Assembly: GCA_031430645.1 (NCBI GenBank)
Contig: JANPBY010000027.1
Location: 3,985 to 67,984, forward strand
DNA length: 64,000 nt
Direction: 5' to 3'
From: Actinomycetes bacterium
Lineage (GTDB): Bacteria; Actinomycetota; Actinomycetes; DATJPE01
A program made the position numbers and the translations under genes. Below, piece by piece: positions 59,912-64,000 of the stretch. The notes beneath the pieces were generated by a model, which was not told the origin of the DNA, did no database searches, and saw only the letters and a list, made by a program, of their open reading frames with translations. Each line of letters opens with the position of its first letter. Within the stretch, counting starts at the first letter, position 1.

Positions 59912-60148
59912 TCAGGTGGTCTGAACCGGGTTCCGTGGCTCGGGAACTGCGTCCTCCGAGCCGCTCATCATCTGCATGACCTTGCCCACGATGCAGCCCA
60001 GGACGATGATGCCCACGCCAACCCAGAACCACAGCTGGGACGCGAAAACCATCGCGATCGACCCGACGAGGAACCCGAGCATCACCAGGATCACGAGGGT
60101 CCAGGCGGCAGGGCTGTGACCGTGGTCGTCGTGCGGGTCGGCGCTCAT
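59912..60148 (-). CDS. small two-helix membrane protein (hypothetical)
   Basis: 78 aa, MSADPHDDHGHSPAAWTLVILVMLGFLVGSIAMVFASQLWFWVGVGIIVLGCIVGKVM. A hairpin of two TM helices follows a His/Asp-rich N-terminus. Confidence 0.5.
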   Translation of the reverse strand: MSADPHDDHGHSPAAWTLVILVMLGFLVGSIAMVFASQLWFWVGVGIIVLGCIVGKVMQMMSGSEDAVPEPRNPVQTT

Positions 60149-60206
60149 CGGGTCTCCTTGGGCGGCAGGGGGTCCGGCATTGGGTCAGTCACCCCCGGGC
60201 ATTCTG

Positions 60207-60767
60207 TCAGTCGTCGACGGTCGGGTCGACGCCTTCGTCAAGGGCGCGCCACGGGTCGGTCGGGGCTGCGAGTCCGGCCGCCGAGTATCGAGACGACGGT
60301 TGGGGCCAACCAGGGCCACCCAGGACGGCCAAAATGCCAGCGCCCACGACCAAGGATCCACCGAATACCGAGAGCCAAGCCCAGAAGGGAGCGGTCGTGA
60401 TCAGTTGCTGAGCCGGCTCTTTGACCACAAGGACCGATCCATCTGCGCCTGCGATCACCCGCTCGCTCAGGTCGAGGGCGGCTCGCGCGCAGGAAACCGC
60501 GATGCCAAGGCCTAACAGAACCAGGAGCGCACCAACGACCCGCCGGCCGGTCTCAGCGACGAGCAGCAGGACGGCGAGCCCCGCGAGCGCTGCCAGGGCC
60601 AGAGCGAACGCGGCAGGCGCAGCCTCACGACCAGTCAGCACCACTCCAGCATTCGGGGACGGCGAGCTTCCTAGCTGCGCCCAGGTCAAGGACATCGTCA
60701 GCAGCGTCACCGCGGCGCCAAGAACCCCCAGCGACAGCACACCTCCACGCGTGCGTAGCCGGCTCAC
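60207..60767 (-). CDS. Trp-operon-associated integral membrane protein (TIGR02234-like)
   Basis: 186 aa with 4 TM helices. It lies immediately downstream of trpE, as in the conserved actinobacterial trp-region membrane protein family. Confidence 0.65.
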   Translation of the reverse strand: MSRLRTRGGVLSLGVLGAAVTLLTMSLTWAQLGSSPSPNAGVVLTGREAAPAAFALALAALAGLAVLLLVAETGRRVVGALLVLLGLGIAVSCARAALDLSERVIAGADGSVLVVKEPAQQLITTAPFWAWLSVFGGSLVVGAGILAVLGGPGWPQPSSRYSAAGLAAPTDPWRALDEGVDPTVDD

Positions 60768-60795
60768 ATTGGCTGCCTTCTCGGAGGCTGCCCGG

Positions 60796-62361
60796 TCATG
60801 CCGGGGCGACGGGACGCAGGGTGCCGGCCACTGCTACCGCCTGAAGAACCGCGGCCGCCTTGTTGCGGGTCTCGGTGTCCTCGGCCTCGGGATCGGAGTC
60901 AGCGACGATGCCACCGCCGGCCTGGACGTAGGCGATGCCGTCGCGGAGGAGTGCTGTCCGGATGGCGATGGCCAGATCGAGGTCGCCGGCGAAGTCCAGA
61001 TATCCGACAGCGCCGCCATAGAGCCCTCTGCGCGTCGGTTCGAGTTCCTCGATGATCTCCATGGCACGCGGCTTGGGGGCACCGGAGAGAGTCCCCGCCG
61101 GGAAGCAGGCGGCGAGCACGTCGTAGGCCGTACGCCCCTCGGCAAGCTCCCCCACCACCGTCGAGACGATGTGCATGACATGGCTGTAGCGCTCCACCGA
61201 CATGAAGTCGACGACCTCGACGGTGCCGGGGGCGCAGACCCGTCCGAGGTCGTTGCGGCCGAGATCGACGAGCATCAGGTGCTCTGCGCATTCCTTCTCA
61301 TCAGCCAGCAATTCCTCGGCGAGGCGGGCGTCCTCCTCTGGAGTCCCTCCGCGCCACCGCGTGCCGGCGATCGGATGCAGCAATGCGTGGCCGGCGTTGA
61401 CCTTCACCAGCGCCTCCGGACTGGACCCGACGACATCGAAATCGTCGAAGCGCAGCAGATACATGTAGGGGCTCGGGTTCGACCGGCGCAGCACGCGATA
61501 GACGTCCAGCGCGCTCGCCTCAGTCGCACACTCGAACCGTTGGGAAACGACCACCTGGAAGGCCTCGCCCGAGCGGATCTCCTCCTTGGCCCGCTCCACA
61601 GCCGCCAAGAAGTCGGGACGAGTGGTGTTGCTCGTGTAAGAAGCCTCGACCTCGAAGTCATAGGTCGCGGCCAAGGACGGCGCAGGACCTGCTAGATCGG
61701 CGGTCATCCGGTCAAGCCGGGCCACCGCGTCGACCCAGGCCTCGTCGACCCGCTCGTCGCTCCCGTCGTAGTTGACGGCGTTGGCGATAAGGAGCACGAC
61801 ACCGTCGTCGTGATCGAGCACGGCGAGATCGGTAGCAAACAGCATCGCCAGGTCAGGGATGTGCAGATCATCCGTCGCGAGCTCCGGCAGCCGCTCCAGG
61901 AGCCGGACCGCGTCGTAGGCGACGAACCCCACCATGCCACCCGTCAGCGGCGGCAGGCCGGGGAGCCGTTCAGTGTGCAGCAGCGCCACCGTGTCTCGAA
62001 GGGCGTGCAGCGGGTCGCCTCCACTGGGCACGCCAGCGGGGGGCTCGCCGGTCCACACGGCCTCGCCTTCCCGCTCGGTCAGCATCGCTGCTGACCGGAC
62101 CCCAATGAATGAGTACCGCGACCAGACTCGCCCGTGTTCGGCCGATTCGAGGAGAAACGTGCCCGGCCGTTCGGCTGCGAGCTTCAGATACAACGCCACC
62201 GGGGTGTCTCCGTCGGCGAGAATCCGTCGCGTCACAGGAATCACCCGACGATCGCGCGCCAGAGCACGAAAGGCCTCGAGGTCGGGTGCGACGGCTCCGG
62301 ATGGGTGGCTGGTGGGCACACCGTCAGTCTCCCGCACCTGCGACACCGGATGCACCGGCAC
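60796..62361 (-). CDS. trpE: anthranilate synthase component I
   Basis: 521 aa. The chorismate-binding domain is present ([27 protein letters not shown]). The N-terminus [23 protein letters not shown] is typical. The ORF starts at a GTG. Confidence 0.9.
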   Translation of the reverse strand: MPVHPVSQVRETDGVPTSHPSGAVAPDLEAFRALARDRRVIPVTRRILADGDTPVALYLKLAAERPGTFLLESAEHGRVWSRYSFIGVRSAAMLTEREGEAVWTGEPPAGVPSGGDPLHALRDTVALLHTERLPGLPPLTGGMVGFVAYDAVRLLERLPELATDDLHIPDLAMLFATDLAVLDHDDGVVLLIANAVNYDGSDERVDEAWVDAVARLDRMTADLAGPAPSLAATYDFEVEASYTSNTTRPDFLAAVERAKEEIRSGEAFQVVVSQRFECATEASALDVYRVLRRSNPSPYMYLLRFDDFDVVGSSPEALVKVNAGHALLHPIAGTRWRGGTPEEDARLAEELLADEKECAEHLMLVDLGRNDLGRVCAPGTVEVVDFMSVERYSHVMHIVSTVVGELAEGRTAYDVLAACFPAGTLSGAPKPRAMEIIEELEPTRRGLYGGAVGYLDFAGDLDLAIAIRTALLRDGIAYVQAGGGIVADSDPEAEDTETRNKAAAVLQAVAVAGTLRPVAPA

Positions 62362-62435
62362 CCCGAAGGTCTCGCAATCGGCGGTCGCACACCGATACGG
62401 TCGGCCCGTCCGGTTTTACGACCGCTGGAGGAAAC

Positions 62436-63335
62436 GTGTCCGACCCCAATGCCCCGACCGGCCCACCTGAGCCCGTCGAACCAACGCCCCCCCAGCCGCC
62501 GCCCCCTCCGGGGGACTCTGCGCCGCCTGTTCCACCCGCCGCTCCTCCGCCTCCTCCGCCTCCCCCGCCTCCTCCGCCTCCCCCGCCGCCTCCCGGATAC
62601 GGGGCTCCTGCGGTCGCCGGCGCTGCTGCCGCGCCCGCCTTCAGCGTCGGCGAGGCGTTCGGTTGGGGGTGGAAGAAGTTCACCGAGAACCTCGGTCCGA
62701 TCCTGATCGCGGTGGCTGTCTACGCGGCGATCCTGTTCGTGGTCGTGATCGTCTGGTACGTCATCCTCACGAACCTGTTCATCACCACAGCCTCTTTCGA
62801 GATCAACCAGCAGACCGGGGTCATCACCACCAATGGTGGGTCTGGGTTCTTCACCGTGCTCATCGTCCAAGCGTTGGCATCGTTCGTGTTCTTCATCCTG
62901 TTTGCTTTCTTGCAGGCTGCAGTCATCCGCGGCGCGCTGATCATCGCCGACGGCGAGAAGAAGCTCGAGGTCGGCGACATGTTCAACTTCGACAAGTTCG
63001 GCACGGTCCTGGTGGCCGCGATCATCGTTGGCGCACTCACCGCCGTTGGCTATCTGTTCTGCTTCATCGGCGCCATCGTCGTCTCGTTCTTCACCGCCTT
63101 CTATCTGTTCTTCGTCCTCGACAAGAGTCTCGGAGCCTGGGAGTCGGTAAAGGCGAGTTTCGAACTCGTCAAGAGCAACGCCGGCAGTGTCCTGCTCCTG
63201 CTGCTCGGCGTCATCGCTGCCTACATCATTGGATCAATTTTGTGCGGCATCGGCCTAGTGGTCACAGCCCCCGTCGCTCTGCTGGCCCTGACCTTCGGCT
63301 ACCGCCGTCTGCAGAACGACCCGATCGCCGCCTGA
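62436..63335 (+). CDS. proline-rich integral membrane protein (17-Pro run; uncharacterised)
   Basis: A GTG start (about 62436) sits immediately after a near-perfect ribosome-binding site (GGAGGAAAC). A 95-aa Pro-rich N-terminus includes PPPPPPPPPPPPPPPPP, followed by a domain with about 6 TM helices. The 109-aa upstream extension in the ORF track is antisense to trpE. Confidence 0.7.
   Translation: MSDPNAPTGPPEPVEPTPPQPPPPPGDSAPPVPPAAPPPPPPPPPPPPPPPPPGYGAPAVAGAAAAPAFSVGEAFGWGWKKFTENLGPILIAVAVYAAILFVVVIVWYVILTNLFITTASFEINQQTGVITTNGGSGFFTVLIVQALASFVFFILFAFLQAAVIRGALIIADGEKKLEVGDMFNFDKFGTVLVAAIIVGALTAVGYLFCFIGAIVVSFFTAFYLFFVLDKSLGAWESVKASFELVKSNAGSVLLLLLGVIAAYIIGSILCGIGLVVTAPVALLALTFGYRRLQNDPIAA
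62550..62585 (+). repeat. perfect 18-nt tandem duplication (CCTCCTCCGCCTCCCCCG x2) encoding poly-proline
   Basis: Two identical adjacent 18-mers lie inside the 51-nt run of 17 Pro codons (62544..62594). Confidence 0.7.
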
Positions 63336-63402
63336 GCACACCTCTCGGCACCTTCGACGGCCGCTGCACCTCATCGGTGTGGCGGCCGTCGTACGTTCGG
63401 GA

Positions 63403-63753
63403 TCAGTCCTCAGCCGCCAGCAGCACATCAGCGTCGAAGCAGGAGCGGTCGCCGGTGTGGCAGGCCCCACCTGTCTGGTCGACCAGCACCAACAGCGCGT
63501 CCCCGTCACAGTCCAGCCGCACCTCGCGGACCTGCTGAACGTTGCCGGAGGTGTCGCCTTTACGCCAGTACTCCTGACGGCTCCGGCTCCAGTAGGTGAC
63601 CCGACCGCTGGTCAGGGTGCGGTGCAGAGCCTCGTCGTCCATCCACCCGACCATCAGAACTTCTCGGGTGTCCCACTGCTGGGTGACGGCCACCACCAGT
63701 CCTTGGACATCACGCGTGAGACGGACTTCGACATCGGCGGCTAGGTCTGACAC
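63403..63753 (-). CDS. hisI: phosphoribosyl-AMP cyclohydrolase
   Basis: 116 aa. [53 protein letters not shown]...CDGDALLV...ACHTG is a canonical HisI with its zinc-binding Cys residues. Confidence 0.9.
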   Translation of the reverse strand: MSDLAADVEVRLTRDVQGLVVAVTQQWDTREVLMVGWMDDEALHRTLTSGRVTYWSRSRQEYWRKGDTSGNVQQVREVRLDCDGDALLVLVDQTGGACHTGDRSCFDADVLLAAED

Positions 63754-63830
63754 GCCAGAAGTCTCTCAGCCCACCAGGGATCAGCCACCCCCAACAGGCG
63801 GCGCCGACTGATCGTTCTTAGGCTAGGCGC

Positions 63831-64000
63831 ATGAGTCTTTCCAGCATTGAGCGCGCAGCCCTCTCAGATCTTCTCGACGAGGTAGGTCCAGACGCTCCCA
63901 CCCTTTGTGAGGGCTGGACGGCCCGCGATCTGGCTGCCCACCTGGTGATCCGGGAGGGGCGCCCCGACGCCAACGCCGGAATCATCATTCCCCCCATGTC
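63831..64000 (+). CDS. 5' fragment of a mycothiol-dependent maleylpyruvate isomerase N-terminal (DinB_2-like) family protein
   Basis: MSLSSIERAALSDLLDEVGPDAPTLCEGWTARDLAAHLVIREGRPDA matches the N-terminal pattern of this family. The gene is truncated by the window end. Confidence 0.5.
   Translation, partial: MSLSSIERAALSDLLDEVGPDAPTLCEGWTARDLAAHLVIREGRPDANAGIIIPPM

Noticed and set aside
62362-62435. Searched for a Trp-codon leader peptide (attenuator) upstream of trpE
   Set aside because: There is no TGG run and no short ORF with tandem Trp codons in the 74-nt trpE upstream spacer. The region is instead the divergent start of the Pro-rich membrane protein gene.
62544-62594. Poly-CCN repeat considered as a CRISPR or other repeat array
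   Set aside because: It is in frame inside a CDS and encodes polyproline. It is a single 18-nt duplication with no spacers, so it is not a CRISPR.
63356-63390. 9-bp perfect hairpin GACGGCCGC-N17-GCGGCCGTC between the convergent Pro-rich gene and hisI
   Set aside because: It is probably a simple bidirectional terminator or stabiliser hairpin. It has no U-tract and nothing further distinctive, so it was noted but not scored.

Overview
This is a high-GC (about 70%) chromosomal segment from an actinobacterium. The gene order is Streptomyces-, Nocardioides- or Mycobacterium-like, with bldD next to pyrR and an mihF gene present. It is densely coding: about 65 genes, roughly 85% on the minus strand and many with 1-4 nt start/stop overlaps. 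Most of it is conserved housekeeping operons. Read as transcribed on the minus strand, these are: pheS-pheT-argC (argC partial at the window edge); infC-rpmI-rplT-trmH; an FMN riboswitch followed by ribD-ribE-ribBA-ribH-hisE-hisG and a PH-domain gene; rpe; priA-def-fmt-rsmB; mihF-gmk-rpoZ-coaBC-metK; pyrR-pyrB-pyrC-carA-carB-pyrK-pyrD-pyrF; pyk; gltB-gltD; trpC-trpB-trpA-sco-mauE-dsbA-lgt-VIT; trpE; hisI. Plus-strand genes are an MFS transporter, a SulP anion transporter, bldD, a two-gene TagF-like/LicC-like cassette, a DUF4190 membrane protein, a very proline-rich membrane protein, and a partial gene at the 3' edge. Regulatory RNAs or sites supported by the sequence are an FMN riboswitch, a PyrR-binding hairpin over the pyrR ribosome-binding site, a BldD box, several hairpin terminators, and an AUC start for infC. 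Stretches that look accessory or unusual are: (i) a low-GC two-gene cell-wall glycopolymer cassette sitting between rpe and rsmB; (ii) a cluster of small proline-rich or CxxC membrane proteins (two DUF2752, one CD225, one DUF4190) plus a two-component system between trpC and trpE; (iii) an array of a repeated 13-mer between priA and metK; (iv) an orphan 252-aa protein upstream of pheST; (v) a membrane protein with 17 consecutive prolines encoded by a perfect 18-nt tandem duplication. I found no CRISPR array, transposase, integrase, rRNA or tRNA. Coordinates of non-ORF features come from hand counting and may be off by 1-2 nt.
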